Of a DNA stretch of 64,000 bases, positions 22,962 through 34,621 are shown piece by piece; the first letter of the stretch is position 1; each line of letters opens with the position of its first letter. Under the pieces are notes generated by a model. That model was not told the origin of the DNA, ran no database searches, and was given only the letters and a program-made list of their open reading frames with translations. The translations under genes were made by a program, and so were the position numbers. Origin of the DNA: Nannocystis pusilla (GTDB lineage: Bacteria; Myxococcota_A; Polyangia; Nannocystales; Nannocystaceae); assembly GCF_026626665.1 (NCBI RefSeq), contig NZ_JAPNKE010000002.1, forward strand, positions 3,501,168 through 3,565,167, given 5' to 3'.

Positions 22962-23023
22962 GGCGGCGGGACAACGCGCGTGGTGGAGGCCGGGTCTCGG
23001 GCGAGAGCTCGGCGTAGCGCGTC

Positions 23024-24070
23024 GTGAGGACCAGCGTATCCCCCGTGCGAGAAGCTTGGTATAGGGCCGGCGTGCCCCACGTCCCTGCCCTCCTCGCGCG
23101 ACTGCGCGACGAGCCGCGCTACCTCGCCGCGCTGGCAGCGCTGCTGGTCGACGAGGTCCTCGCTGCGCCGGCGCGCCGCTTCATCGATCCCGTCCGGCTG
23201 ACCCCGCTGATCGTCACCGGCCTGCAGGCCGTCGCCGCCGCGCCCGGCCACGCGTCGTGGCTGGAGCAGCGCCTCCGCGACGCTCTGGCCCGGATCCGTC
23301 CGCGGCAGGGCACGCTGCGCGCGCGGCTGCCCGGCGACCTGCTGCCGTTGCTTCGCACCGTGGTCCGCAGGCCCTACACGCCGAACCGCGCGCTCGTGCG
23401 AGCCGTCGTCGATCAGGCGACCGTGCGCGACCTGTCGCGCACGATCCTCCACACCACCCTGCTCGACTTCGCCAAGAAGGTCGGCTCGATCTTGCCGGAC
23501 ACCAGCAAGATCCCGGGCGCCGGCGTCACCTCGAAGCTGTTCGGCGTCGCCAAGGGCGTGGCCTCCGTGGTCGGGCTCGACGCCTCGGTCGAGGATCGCG
23601 TGCGCGGCTTCGTCGACGGCGCCGTCGGTCGCGTGATCGACATGATCGTCGACCGCGTCAGCGACCCCAAGCACGCCGGCGAGGGCGCGGCCTTCCGCGC
23701 CGACGTCCTCGCCTCGCTGCTCGACCTGCCGGAGTCGGCCGTCCACGCCAAGCTGGTCAAGCTCGACCCGGCCGTGGTCGCGGCCGACGTCCAGGCCGCG
23801 CTGGTCGCGGTCGCAGCCTGGGACCGCCTGCCCGCCGAGGTCGAAGCCGTCCTCACGGAGGCGGTCGCCGGCCTCGGCGACGTCACGGTCGGCGAGCTGT
23901 TGGCCGGCTCGGGCGAGATCGAGGCGTGGCGCGGCGCGGTCGAGGCCGAGCTGCGCTACCACCTCGGCCACGGGCTCACCGGCCCGCGCTTCGCCGCCTG
24001 GCTCGAGCACCTGGTCGCCGGGACATTGCCCGAAGAGCAGGTCCCTGCGGACAGCAACACGGAGTGAGCT
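23024..24070 (+). CDS. hypothetical protein
   Basis: 347-aa ORF with balanced protein-like composition; start uncertain. Confidence 0.45.
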
Positions 24071-24252
24071 GCGCATGTGCTTCGGGACATGTCCTGAAGC
24101 GCATATTCGCGGACGAGATACTTCCTGCGAGCGTCGCCTCGCGCGAGCCCGGCAGCCCGCGAGTCAGGGCGCCGTGAACGTGCACGCCGACAGGCGTCGC
24201 AGCAGCGGCGTTGCCCCGGCGCCCGCGCCCGGCTGGTTCATGCCCCTGCCGC

Positions 24253-24500
24253 TCACGCGACCTCGCCGAGCGGGCGCGCGCGGCCGATCGCCGCGCCCAT
24301 CTGGTTCACGCCCCATCCGCCTGCGAGACCTCGCCGAGCGGGCGGGCGAGGCCGATCGCAGCGCTCAGCTGCTTCACACCCTGCCGCTTGCGCGACCTCG
24401 CCGGGCGGGCGGGCGAGGCCGATCGCAGCGCTCAGCTGCTTCACACCTGCCGCCTGCGCGACCTCGCCGAGCGGGCGGGCGCGGCCGATCGCCGGGTCGG
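24253..24500. repeat. about 4 tandem copies of a 63-bp unit
   Basis: tgcgcgacctcgccgagcgggcgggcgaggccgatcgcagcgctcagctgcttcacacc repeated. Confidence 0.75.
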
Positions 24501-25077
24501 CGGCGGCCAGGTCCTCGTAGGCCTCCGGGTTGGCCTGCTTGAGCGCCCCGCCGGGGGCTTCGGCCGTGCCGACGAGCTCGCGGATGCCTCGCACCGACCC
24601 GTAGTAGTTGCCGTTGTCGTGGTCCTCGTCGCTGTTGCAGCGGCGGATCAGCGAGCGGGACAGCCGTGGCAGCTGCAGCATGTCGAGCGCCATCTCCCAC
24701 AGGCCGTCGACGAAGTTCTGGTCGGCCGGGAACTCGAGCAGGCCGGCCAGCAGCAGCAGCAGCCCGGCGCGCTGGCCGAGCGGCGTGTCGAGCGGCGGCG
24801 CGTCGGCGAGGTAGCCGAGGTCGATCGCCCGCCACCACGCCTCCGCGGCGACCAGCAAGCGCTTGAGCTCCTGGGCGCTGTGGCTGAGGTGGCTGTGGAA
24901 CAGCACGTCGGCGGTCAGCGCGTCGCCGGCCGGGTCGCGGACGTAGCGGACCACCGCGGGCAAGCGGCCGAGCTCTCCGCGCGGGCCCTTGCCGGCCGGC
25001 ACGTCGCGCGGCGGCTCGGCGCCGCTGAAGAAGCCGCCGGCCCGAAACGCGTAGAGGATCTCGGCCTGACCCGGCAA
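24253..25077 (-). CDS. hypothetical protein with C-terminal 21-aa tandem repeats (AAIGRARPLGEVAQAAGVKQLS)
   Basis: TTG-start ORF. The C-terminus is encoded by the 63-bp tandem repeats at 24253-24500, and the reading frame is disturbed within the repeats. Confidence 0.35.
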   Translation of the reverse strand: MPGQAEILYAFRAGGFFSGAEPPRDVPAGKGPRGELGRLPAVVRYVRDPAGDALTADVLFHSHLSHSAQELKRLLVAAEAWWRAIDLGYLADAPPLDTPLGQRAGLLLLLAGLLEFPADQNFVDGLWEMALDMLQLPRLSRSLIRRCNSDEDHDNGNYYGSVRGIRELVGTAEAPGGALKQANPEAYEDLAAADPAIGRARPLGEVAQAAGVKQLSAAIGLARPPGEVAQAAGCEAAERCDRPRPPARRGLAGGWGVNQMGAAIGRARPLGEVA

Positions 25078-25090
25078 GCTGTCCCAAAGT

Positions 25091-26834
25091 TCAGAGTACT
25101 GCGTGACCCGGTTGAGGCTGCCGGCGGCCAGCCGAGCCGCGCGCCGCCTCGCCGCTGATCTGCGACGGCGACGCGCCGGGGTCGCGCGGCACCGCCGAGT
25201 CCTTGAGGCTCTCGGCGATCTCGACCAGGCGGAAGTCGAGGAAGCCGTCGTAGTAGTCGGCCTTGCCGTCGCGGTTGATGTCCTGGTAGCGCGCCACCAC
25301 CAGCGGGTGGGCCGGGCCGATGAACTGCACGAAGTCGGGCGTGCGGCTCTGGCGGTGGTGCCACTGGGCCTTGCGGATCCGCTGGTCGATGGCCGCGAAG
25401 TCCTCCTCCTCGGCGAGGCCGCGCAGGATCGCCACGAAGCAGTCGATGCCCTCCGAGGCCACCACCTTGTCGCCCTCGCCGGTGCGGAAGTAGGTCGAGT
25501 CCCAGCTCGAGAAGATGTCGGCGTCGGGGAACATGCGGGCGATGGCGAAGCGCGTGGTCAGGCCGGCGCACTGGCAGTTCATCATCAGCTTGTAGCCGAC
25601 CTGCTGGGTCTGGATCGCCGAGGCGCGCATGTCGTAGGCGCCGAGGTTGGCGTGGCGGCTGACGAGCAGGCCGGTGAAGAACTCCTGCGACATCTCGAAG
25701 TTCTCGTCGCGCGGCGAGGCCGAGCGGGCGAACACGAAGAACTCGCGCCCGCCCTTGCCGACGAACGGCGCCTGCAGCACCGCGTAGCCCTCGCCCCACT
25801 GGTTCGGCGGCTTCGGCGTGCCCTCGGGCGCGGCGATCTTGGTGAAGCCGTACTTGGTCTGCAGCAGCTCGACCTCGCCGGGGAAGAACTCGGACGCCGA
25901 GGCCAGAGCGAGCCGCCACGGCCCGTTCAGCGCCGCGTACGGCGGGGCCTGCCGCGACAGCGAGCGCAGCAGCGCCTGCGCGCGCGCCTGCTGCTCGGGC
26001 CGCAGCGCCGGACCGCGCAGCGACAGCAGCGAGATGGCGTGCGCCCGCAGCTCGCTGCGCCCGCCGGGTCCGGCCTCGTCGTCGATCAGCCGGAAGATGC
26101 GAGCGGCGGCCGCGTCGGCGGCGGCGCGGAACTCCGGGTCCTTGAGCACCGTGGCGACCACGTGCGACAGCACCGTCAGCGCCGCCGAGCGCAGCTGCAC
26201 CGCGTCGTCGACCGCCCCGTGCGGACCCGCGGGCGCCGCCGCGGTCAACACCGCCTCGACCTGCTGCAGCAGCGCCCCTGCCTGCGCCGGCGTCAGCCGC
26301 TCGGTCCGCAGCGGCTCGTCGGGGAAGAACGCGCTCGGCGGGAACAGGCACTCGAAGCTCGAGGTCCGCCGCGCGGAGATCCACCGCGCCGCGGCGACGA
26401 ACACCGGCAGCGCCGATATGTCCTTCGGGGCAGGTCCGGCAGCGTCGCCGGCCAGCTCGCCGGACGGCAGCAGGAACAGCGGGGCCGCCCCGTGGATGCC
26501 CGCGGTCAGGTCGAGCGCCGCCGCCCGGGGCTCCGGCCTGTCCTGAAGGCCCTGTCCCGAGAGACCGGCGAGACGCTGGCGGACGGCGCGGCGGCCGGGG
26601 AAGTCGAGCAGGAGCTTGTGCCCGACCGACGACCGCAGCAGCGCCTTGTCGGCCGCCGAGGGCTCGGCGACGAGGGCGACGTGGTAGTCGCGCTCGCCGG
26701 TGAGGTGGAGCTGCACGCCCGGGCCGCTGCGCGCGCTCGAAGCTGCGGGTGGCCGTGCTGCCGGACTTGACAAGGACGGCGGCGAAACGCGTGGCCGCGG
26801 CGCCACGCCCGATCCGAATCTCGATCTCCTTCAT
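25091..26834 (-). CDS. hypothetical protein, apparent frameshift near 26750
   Basis: The N-terminus MKEIEIRIGRGAAATRFAAVLVKSGSTATRSFE is in one frame. The body (...VQLHLTGERDYHVALVAEP...YKLMMNCQCAGLTTRFAIARMF...DINRDGKADYYDGFLDF) is in another. Confidence 0.5.
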
Positions 26835-26997
26835 CGCACCCTCCGAAGGCGCGAGCGTAACACGCTGCCACGACGTCACCGGACGCGCGCTCCACGCGCC
26901 CGGGCGCAGCGGCGCTGGAGCGATACGACATGTCCCTCGGGACAGCCATGGAAGTCGGTGAACCGTGGTCACGCGCCGCGGTTCGATGTTCTGCGCC

Positions 26998-28416
26998 CTA
27001 CTTCAGCGCGCCGCGGTGCGCGTGCGGCTCGGGCGGCACGGGGGGCATCCCCGTCTGCGGAGCGACGCGGTATTCGTTGAGGCGGTACTGAATCTTGCGC
27101 GGCGAGATCCCGAGGATCTTCGCGGCCTTGCTCGTGCTGCCGCCGACGTGCTCGAGCGTCCGCAGGATCGCGTAGCGCTCGATCTCTCGCAGCGACGCGC
27201 CCGGGATCACGGGCGCCGAGTCGTCGCCGCGCATCTTCGACATCAGCTCGCGCGGCAGGTCGCGCGGCTCGATCTCCGCACCGCGCGCGAGCACCACCGC
27301 TCGCTCGACGCTGTTCTCGAGCTGACGGATGTTGCCCGGCCAGTCGCACCCGAGCAGCACCCCGAGCGCCCGCTCGCTGAAGCCGACCACCGGTCGATGT
27401 GCCTGGGCCGCGAACTGCCGCAGGAAGTGCATCGCCAGCAGCGGGATGTCGTCCCGGCGCTCGCGCAGCGACGGCATGCGCAGGCTGACCACGTTGAGGC
27501 GGTAATACAAATCCTCGCGCAGCTTGCTGCCCTTGGCCGCGCCGAGATCCTGGCTGGTCGCCGCGATCACGCGGACATCGGCCTGCAGCGGCTCGCTGTC
27601 GCCGACGCGGCAGAACGCCCGATCCTGCAGGAACCGCAGCAGCGCCGCCTGCACGCCCGGGGGCAGCTCGTCGACGTCGGCGAGGAAGAGCGTGCCGCCG
27701 TCGGCCTCGACGAGTCGGCCCTCGCGCAGCACCGCCTCGCCGTCGCGCACCCCGAACAGCTCGCGGGCGCACGCCTCGTCGGTGAAGCCGCTGCATTGCA
27801 GGCTGACGAACGGGCCGCGGCGGCCGCACCAGTGGTGGATCAGGCGCGCCAGGTGTTGCTTGCCGGTGCCGCGTTCGCCGGTGACGAGCACCGACACCGG
27901 CGAGTCGGCGACCTGGCGCGCGAGGCCGAGGAGGTCGCGGAACACCTTCGACTGACCGATGATGCCGGCGCGCTGGTCGGCGCGCTGGCTAGCGAGCGCC
28001 GAGCGGAGGTGGCGGGCCTCGCGTTGCAGCGCGCGGTGTCGCAGGACCCGTTGCAGCACGATGAGCAGCTGCGGCAGGTCGACGGGCTTGCTGAGGTAAT
28101 CGTCGGCGCCGAGGTGGAGCGCCTCGACGGCGCCCTCGACCGAGCCGAAGGCCGTCATCACGACGACCGCGACGTCAGGGTAGATTTCACGGAGTTTGGA
28201 TATGAGCTCGAGGCCATTGAGGCCGGGCATCTTGACGTCGGTGATGACGACATCCGGCTCCCACTGGTCGATGCGTCCGAGCGCCTTGTATCCGTCGGCG
28301 GCGGACTGGACTTCATAACCTTCCTCGCGCAGCAGCTCGCTGAGTGCAGAGCGTGCGCTTGACTCGTCATCGACCACTAAAATTCGGGTCGGCCTGGTCT
28401 CTTCAAAGTTCGTCAT
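26998..28416 (-). CDS. sigma-54-dependent response regulator (NtrC family: REC + AAA+ + HTH)
   Basis: TRILVVDDE...DVKMPGLNG receiver, [15 protein letters not shown] Walker A, the ESELFG-like GAFTGA region and a C-terminal HTH ([17 protein letters not shown]). GGAGG RBS 8 nt upstream. Confidence 0.85.
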   Translation of the reverse strand: MTNFEETRPTRILVVDDESSARSALSELLREEGYEVQSAADGYKALGRIDQWEPDVVITDVKMPGLNGLELISKLREIYPDVAVVVMTAFGSVEGAVEALHLGADDYLSKPVDLPQLLIVLQRVLRHRALQREARHLRSALASQRADQRAGIIGQSKVFRDLLGLARQVADSPVSVLVTGERGTGKQHLARLIHHWCGRRGPFVSLQCSGFTDEACARELFGVRDGEAVLREGRLVEADGGTLFLADVDELPPGVQAALLRFLQDRAFCRVGDSEPLQADVRVIAATSQDLGAAKGSKLREDLYYRLNVVSLRMPSLRERRDDIPLLAMHFLRQFAAQAHRPVVGFSERALGVLLGCDWPGNIRQLENSVERAVVLARGAEIEPRDLPRELMSKMRGDDSAPVIPGASLREIERYAILRTLEHVGGSTSKAAKILGISPRKIQYRLNEYRVAPQTGMPPVPPEPHAHRGALK

Positions 28417-28460
28417 AGGCGGTACCTCCGCGGGGCTTCGCCTACTCTGCGGGCGGAAGA

Positions 28461-28478
28461 TGCGCGGGTGTAATGCAT
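28461..28478. promoter_or_regulatory. 8-bp inverted repeat TTTGCGCG-ct-CGCGCAAA in AT-rich island upstream of the NtrC-family gene
   Basis: Perfect 8-bp inverted repeat about 45-60 bp upstream of the start at 28416, next to gtaatgcatac. Confidence 0.3.
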
Positions 28479-28578
28479 ACTTTGCGCGCTCGCGCAAACC
28501 CGCGTCCTCCGCCCACGACGATTCTCCTATCGTTGCGAGATTTTCATGTCTGGCACGGAAGGCGCACTGGCACGGCGT

Positions 28579-29994
28579 TCAGCCAGTCGGCGCGTCATTC
28601 GGCGGCGGCGCCTCGCCCTCGCGGGGCGCCTCGGCCGGCGCCTGGCCGTCCGGCTGGCCTTCGGGCGGGGCCTGACCGTCGCCCTGGCCCTGCCCCTGAC
28701 CACCCTCCGGCTGCTGCACTTCCTCCATCGCCGGCGGCAGCGGCGGCGGCGGCGGCGGCTCCTCCTGCCGCGCCTCGGGCTCCGGCTCGGGCGGCGGCGG
28801 CTGCGTCGACGGCGTCGACGGCGGCTCGGCCGGACGCATCTCGGTGTCCGGCGCCTTCGTCGGCTCGCGGTCGGCCCCGCCGGTCTCGCCCGCCCCGACG
28901 CTCGGCAGCTCCGGCCCGTTGTTGCGCTCGAGCGCGTCCTTCTCCTCGGTCTTCTTCGTCGAACGCGACTTCGTGCGCGCCTTCTTGGCCGCCTCGCGCT
29001 CGGCGTTCTTCTGCCGCCGCTCGAGCATCCGCTCCTCGGCGGTCTTGCTCTTGATGCCCATGAAGCGCGGCTTGCCGACGGTGCCGCGCAGCTTGAAGCC
29101 GAGCCAGCCGTCGTCCGGCGGATCCATCTTCGACGACGGGCCGGCAGTCTGCACCGCGAAGCGCAACGTCTCGCTCTTGTCCTGCAGCGCCTGCGTGACC
29201 AGCAGCTTCATCTGGAACGCGAACTCGGACTTCGAGAACGGATCCTTGAGCGGCATGTCGCCGGTGAGCTCGAGCTCGATGTCGGCGCTCTTGGTCTTGA
29301 AGTCCTCGACGGTGGCCCGGCCCTCCGCGACCTTCAGCTTGCCGACCAGCGTGCCGAGGTCGATCTCGGGGATGGTGATGCCCTTGGCGGTGATGCCCGA
29401 CGAGCCGGGGATGAACAGCAGCTCCTCGCCGTCGCCGATCGAGCACGAGGCGCACTCGAGCGAGATCGACCCCTCGGCCTTCTCGAACAGGTTCTCCGGC
29501 ATCGTCATGTCGACGTGCAGGGCGAACAGACCGCGCAGCGGGGCGCCCAGCGCCTGCTGCAGCTTCGGCACCGAGCCGAGCGGCAGCTCGGTGACCTCGA
29601 TCTTGATGCTCGACTCGCTGCCGCTGCGCGCGTACTCGGCGTGGATCGGCGCCTCGTCGAGCATCGTGTCGACCTCGACGTCGATGTTGCCGAGCAGCAG
29701 GTAGCCGAGGATCGAGAAGTCGACGTCGACCGCGTCGAGCACCATCTGGTGCGGGATCTGGCCCGGGTGCGACGGCGCGTACGTCCACGTGACGTTGTAG
29801 AGCGTCGCGCTGCCCCACGGCCGCACCGACATGTCCTCGATGTCGATGAGGTAGCCGGCCTGGCGCGCCTGGTGGCCGATGCGCCACGCGAGCGCGCGGG
29901 TCGGCAGGCTGATCCAGATGAAGGCGAAGAACACGAACACGGCCAGGAACACCCAGCCGGCGGAGCTGCGGAGGCGCCGCGAGAACAGGCGCAT
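28579..29994 (-). CDS. gspN: type II secretion system protein N with long Pro/Glu-rich C-terminal tail
   Basis: MRLFSRRLRSSAGWVFLAVFVFFAFIW N-terminal TM segment. It is the last gene of the gsp cluster, and the tail is low-complexity (PPPEPEPEARQEEPPPPPP). Confidence 0.6.
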   Translation of the reverse strand: MRLFSRRLRSSAGWVFLAVFVFFAFIWISLPTRALAWRIGHQARQAGYLIDIEDMSVRPWGSATLYNVTWTYAPSHPGQIPHQMVLDAVDVDFSILGYLLLGNIDVEVDTMLDEAPIHAEYARSGSESSIKIEVTELPLGSVPKLQQALGAPLRGLFALHVDMTMPENLFEKAEGSISLECASCSIGDGEELLFIPGSSGITAKGITIPEIDLGTLVGKLKVAEGRATVEDFKTKSADIELELTGDMPLKDPFSKSEFAFQMKLLVTQALQDKSETLRFAVQTAGPSSKMDPPDDGWLGFKLRGTVGKPRFMGIKSKTAEERMLERRQKNAEREAAKKARTKSRSTKKTEEKDALERNNGPELPSVGAGETGGADREPTKAPDTEMRPAEPPSTPSTQPPPPEPEPEARQEEPPPPPPLPPAMEEVQQPEGGQGQGQGDGQAPPEGQPDGQAPAEAPREGEAPPPNDAPTG

Positions 29995-30113
29995 GCGGTC
30001 GCCGAAGCCGCCGATCGGGGCCGCCGGCGCGACGATGGTGCCGCTCGCGGGCGGAGCCGCGGGCAGGTCGCCGCCGCCGCGGCGCAGGTTGGCGAGGTTG
30101 GGCAGGCGGATCT

Positions 30114-30686
30114 TCACGACTCCCCCTCCTCGCCGCCGGGCACCGGCGCCGGCTCTTCGGGCTTCTGCAGCTGCCACGTGGCGAGCTCGACCTCGGCGTT
30201 GAGGCGGTCCTCGAGCGCCGAGGGCGAGCGCAGCATCAGGCGCTCGACGAACAGGATGTTGCCCGGCTGCCCCTCGAGCTTGGCGAGGAAGTTCAGCAGC
30301 TCCTCGAGCGCCACGTTGCGGACCTCGAACGCGACCACGCGCTTGGTCAGGCCCTTCTCCTCGTCGACCACCATCGGCTGCCGCTCTTCCTCGCCGCGCA
30401 GGGTGCCGGTGACCAGGTCCTTCTGCGCCTCTTCGAGGAGGATCGAGAACACGATCGGCTGGGCGCTGGCGATCCTGCCCTCGCGCGCCTCTTTCTCCTT
30501 CTTCTTGGTGTCGTACGCGGTGCCCTTGGTGCGCACGAGGACGAGGGCCTCGCGCAGCTCGGCGATCTCGGCGCGGGCCGTGTCGAACGAGCTCTTGCGC
30601 ATCATGTAGAGCACGCCGACGGCGGTGACGAAGAACACCAGCATCAGCACGCCGAGCAGCGCCCGCTCGCGCTGGTTGAAGCGGGA
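30114..30686 (-). CDS. gspM: type II secretion system protein M
   Basis: 191 aa: MSRFNQRERALLGVLMLVFFVTAVGVLYMM, a single TM plus periplasmic domain, located directly after gspL. Confidence 0.7.
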   Translation of the reverse strand, partial: SRFNQRERALLGVLMLVFFVTAVGVLYMMRKSSFDTARAEIAELREALVLVRTKGTAYDTKKKEKEAREGRIASAQPIVFSILLEEAQKDLVTGTLRGEEERQPMVVDEEKGLTKRVVAFEVRNVALEELLNFLAKLEGQPGNILFVERLMLRSPSALEDRLNAEVELATWQLQKPEEPAPVPGGEEGES

Positions 30687-30718
30687 CATGAACCCGAACA
30701 GGGTGGTTTCGATGGCGC

Positions 30719-32471
30719 TCACGACTCGGTCTCCGTGCTGCTGTAGCAGTCGTGCTCGATGTTGGGGTCGAACACCTTCTTGGTGCCCTCGTCGCGCACC
30801 TTGGCGACCTGGAACGGGATGACGCAGGGCAGCGTCTGCAGCAGCTTGTTCTTGAACCGCTCCTGCGCCGACGAGCGCGTGGCGGAGGCGCGGAACTGGA
30901 TCGCGCGCGGCCGGATCTCGATCAGCGACAGCACGAAGTCGTCGTCCCACACGACGCCCGCCGAGCCCTCGACCGAGGGCAGCTGCACCGGCGCTGTCGG
31001 CGTCGTCGCCGACGCGCTCGGCGTCGGGGCTGGCGCCCTCCTCCGCCACCATCGGCGTCGGCGCCGGCGCCGGCTTCGGGCCGGTCGGCGTGGCCGCCTT
31101 GACGAAGCCGGCGAGCACGTCGAGCGCGCCGCGCTGCGGGATCAGCTTGGTGATGTCGCGGCCGTCGACGGCGTTGAGGCGGTCCTCGATCTCGGCCTTC
31201 GAGGTGAGCGCCTCGCCGAACACCTTGTGGCTGGCCTCGCCGAGCTCCTCCTCGTAGGCCGCGCGCTCCGCCTCGAGCGCGCTCGAGCCGACCACGGTGT
31301 CGACCACGCCGAACGCGAGGATCGCGAACCCGAGCGCGGCGACCGTGGCGATGCGCTCGGCGATCCAGCTGCCGTCGCCGCCGCGCTGGACGGCGGCGTC
31401 CTTGTGCAGCTGGATCAGCGGCCGACGGGCGCAGCCGACGGCGCCGCCGAGCGCCGCCGACATGGCCGTCCAGTCATGTCCCGCGAGACCTTTGAGGCCG
31501 AGGCTCTCGCGCGGGCGGGCGCGCTCGGTCGGCAGGCCGAGCTGCTCGGCCAGGTAGGCGTCGAGGCCGCGGAGGTTGGCGCCGCCGCCGGACAGGCGCA
31601 GCTGCACGACCTCGGCCGAGAACTCGGCCCGCAGCCACATGCGCGTGTGCTCGATCTCCCGCACCACCGGCTCGAGCGCGCGGGCCACGATCGTCGCCGA
31701 CTCGAGCTGCTCCGCCGACAGGTCGCCCTGGCCGCGGTGCGGCAGAAAGGCGTTGTCGCGCTTGGCCGCCTCGGCCTCGGCGTCGCTCAGCTGGTAGCGC
31801 TGCTGCAGCGCGCGGGTGACGTGCACGCCGCCGCGGCGGAGCATGCGGGCCGCGAGCGGGCCCTTGGCGCCGAAGGCCACCAGGTCGGTGGTCGCGTGGC
31901 CGATGTCGAGGCCGAGCACCACCGGCGTGCGCGCCTCGGAGGGCGCCCCCTTGGCCGGCTCGGGCAGGTCGGCGGTGAGCACCTGCGCGGTCGCCAGGAC
32001 GTCGACGGTGATGAGCTTGACGTCGATCGTCGCCGCCTTGAACGCGGCCTGGACCTGGTCGACGGCGGAGCGACGGACCGCGACCGCGAGCGCCTGGCCG
32101 CCGCCGCCGGCGACGGTCGCGGGCACGTGGTCGAGCTCGAGGTTCTCGAGCGGGACGGGGAACTGGCCCTCGGCCTCGAACGCGATCGCCTGGGCGATCC
32201 GTCGCGGGTCGCTGAACGGGAACTTGAACACGCGATAGGCCGCGAAGCTGCCGGGCAGCACCACGCCGATCGGGTAGTGGTTCCAGCCGCGGCGGCGCAG
32301 CACGGCGATGCCGATGTCGAGCGCGGCGGCCAGCGAGGTGTCGCCCTGCGGCGTGAGCGTCACCGGCTCGACGACCGTCTCGAGCACCTGGATGGTGCGC
32401 AGGCCGGCGTTGATGAGCACGGCCTTGACTTCGGAGGTGCCGAGGTCGAGTCCTACGTACTTCTGAGCCAC
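30719..32471 (-). CDS. gspL: type II secretion system protein L (actin-like cytoplasmic domain, TM, periplasmic domain); apparent frameshift near 31030
   Basis: MAQKYVGLDLGTSEVKAVLI...TM IATVAALGFAILAFGVV. The C-terminal periplasmic part is in another frame (PVQLPSVEGSAGVVWDDDFVLSLIEIRPRAIQF...). Confidence 0.7.
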
Positions 32472-32511
32472 GTGCGGCAGTCCTTGCGGTTGAAGATGAG
32501 AGCCATGGAGA

Positions 32512-33882
32512 TCAGTCCTCGCGCAGGTAGAGCCACGCGCCGGTGCCCTTCGCGCCCTCGCTGCGGACGAATTGCATGTCGTAGATCGCGGTGAGGCGCT
32601 TCTTGACCGCGCCGACCTCGGCGATGATCTCGATGCGATAGACCCGCTCGGGGGCGATGGTGGCGATGTCGCTGAGGCCGCCGAGCTGCTCGCCCGAGTC
32701 CTTGTTCTCCTCGCTGTTCTCGCGGATGTTCATGCCCTCGGGGATGCGCGGCAGGTTGGCCCGGTTGAGCGCCTGCCCGGCCGCGCCGCCGCCGCCGAGC
32801 GCGGCCATCGGGTTCATGAGCTTGTCGGGCTTCTCGACGAACTCCTTGAACGCCTTCATGTCGGAGAACAGGCTCATCGTCCGCGTGTCGACCACGTAGC
32901 GGGCCAGCGGCAGCGTCTTGATCAGGAAGTTCTCGCCCTCGGTCTTCCACTTGTCCTCTTCGGTGACCGAGTGGCGCAGCACCAGCGCGATCTGGTCGGC
33001 GCTGGCGAAGTTGAGGTTGACCTTGCAGCCGCCGTAGACGGTGAGGTCGGCGGCGATCGCCGTCATCAGGTCGTCGTCGACGCCCTGGACCAGGTGCAGC
33101 TCCTCGACGCTGTCGATCCGGGCGTTGCGCGGCTGGTACGGGTCGAAGATCTCGGTGTAGCGGTAGCGCTCCTGCGTCGACGACGAGGCCAGCTTGACCA
33201 TGTCCCAGGACTTGTTGTCCTCGTCGATGTAGTCGACGATCGCCTTGATGACGTCGGCCCGGGTGTAGCGCTGGCCGTCGCTCTTCTCCTCGTCGAACAG
33301 CGGGTCGTAGAGCGTCGGCATCAGCATCGCCTCGAGCGTCTCGACGGTGCGCGCCTGCGGGTTGTCCTTGCCCTGCCCGGTCCCCGCCAGGCAGTTGACG
33401 TTGAGCTTGCCGCTCTCGGCCTCGACGCGGATCTCGAAGCCGCCGTGGTCGATGGCGAGGTCCTTGAAGGTCGAGTTGTCGAGGCCGACCAGGCCCGAGA
33501 TGGCCTCGTGGCCGTCCTTCGAGCCGAACGCCGACATCAGGTACGGCGCGACCTGGGTGATGTCCCAGGTGCCGAGCATCTGCCGGAACTGCTTCTGGTT
33601 GAACACCATGCGCTGCAGCTCGAACAGCAGCAGCGACAGGCGCATCCCGCCGCGGGTCAGGTTGCGCGCCGAGATCTCGTCGCGCAGGTTGATCGCGGCC
33701 TGCCAGTCGACGCGCGTGGTGTAGCTGAACGCGGCGGTGAACGGCAGCAGCACCGCGATGCAGGCCAGCACCATCAGCAGCGCGATGCCGTGCTCCTTGC
33801 CGCCGCCGCGCCGACGCGCCGCGCCGGACCTGGCCGGACGGACATGTCGCTTGGGCTTGGCGGTGTCGGGGTGGGCGGTCAC
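32512..33882 (-). CDS. gspK: type II secretion minor pseudopilin K
   Basis: GIALLMVLACIAVLLPF prepilin-like N-terminus, 456 aa, at the position typical for GspK. Confidence 0.8.
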   Translation of the reverse strand: MTAHPDTAKPKRHVRPARSGAARRRGGGKEHGIALLMVLACIAVLLPFTAAFSYTTRVDWQAAINLRDEISARNLTRGGMRLSLLLFELQRMVFNQKQFRQMLGTWDITQVAPYLMSAFGSKDGHEAISGLVGLDNSTFKDLAIDHGGFEIRVEAESGKLNVNCLAGTGQGKDNPQARTVETLEAMLMPTLYDPLFDEEKSDGQRYTRADVIKAIVDYIDEDNKSWDMVKLASSSTQERYRYTEIFDPYQPRNARIDSVEELHLVQGVDDDLMTAIAADLTVYGGCKVNLNFASADQIALVLRHSVTEEDKWKTEGENFLIKTLPLARYVVDTRTMSLFSDMKAFKEFVEKPDKLMNPMAALGGGGAAGQALNRANLPRIPEGMNIRENSEENKDSGEQLGGLSDIATIAPERVYRIEIIAEVGAVKKRLTAIYDMQFVRSEGAKGTGAWLYLRED

Positions 33883-33895
33883 GGGCGGGGGCCTT

Positions 33896-34621
33896 TCAGC
33901 GGGAGAAGTCGATGCGCTCCTGCATCGGGATGAGGGTCTGGGTCACGTACTTGACCTCCTTGCCGAGGTCCGCGTCCCACACGCCGAGGGTGATCTTGAC
34001 GCGCTCGGGCAGGCGGTTGGGCTGCATGTCCTGCTTCATCGTGCGCCACTCGTCGCGCCACTCGATGCGCTTGACGTCCCAGAACTTGACGTCGAACGAC
34101 TTGATGTCCTCGCAGAACACGTAGGCCGGCCACCACTCCTCCATCTTCTCCGGCACGTCGCCCATGAGCCGCCGCGTCTCGCGCTTGAACAGGTGGGTGC
34201 GGTTGGCGTCGTTCGGGTCCTTGGCGAGGAAGTACTGGACGACCGACTGGTCGCTCTCGTTGGCGTCCTTGCGCATGCGGATGTGGGCGAACGCCGAGAA
34301 CGTCAGGCTGTCGGAGTTGAACTGGTCGCGGCCCTCGAACAGCGTGTAGTGCCTGTCGTCGCCGGCCGGGCGGTTGTGCGACAGGTACGCCAGCGAGACC
34401 TCGGTGCCCATGCGCGCCAGGCAGTTGCGCAGCACCGCGTACTTCTGCTGGGTCTTCTCCGCCGAGCGCATGCTCTGCGCCGTGGTGCTGAAGCTGGCGT
34501 AGACCGAGGCGGTCATCATCGTCATCATCGCCACCGCGACGAGGATCTCGATCAGCGACAGGCCGCGCTGGCGGGCTGTCCTGGAGGACATGGTCGGAAC
34601 GACATGGCCGATGGCGCTCAT
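33896..34621 (-). CDS. gspJ: type II secretion minor pseudopilin J
   Basis: MSAIGHVVPTMSSRTARQRGLSLIEILVAVAMM prepilin signal. Start is either ATG 34621 or 34591, and a CATG/GGACAG motif overlaps the start region. Confidence 0.75.
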   Translation of the reverse strand: MSAIGHVVPTMSSRTARQRGLSLIEILVAVAMMTMMTASVYASFSTTAQSMRSAEKTQQKYAVLRNCLARMGTEVSLAYLSHNRPAGDDRHYTLFEGRDQFNSDSLTFSAFAHIRMRKDANESDQSVVQYFLAKDPNDANRTHLFKRETRRLMGDVPEKMEEWWPAYVFCEDIKSFDVKFWDVKRIEWRDEWRTMKQDMQPNRLPERVKITLGVWDADLGKEVKYVTQTLIPMQERIDFSR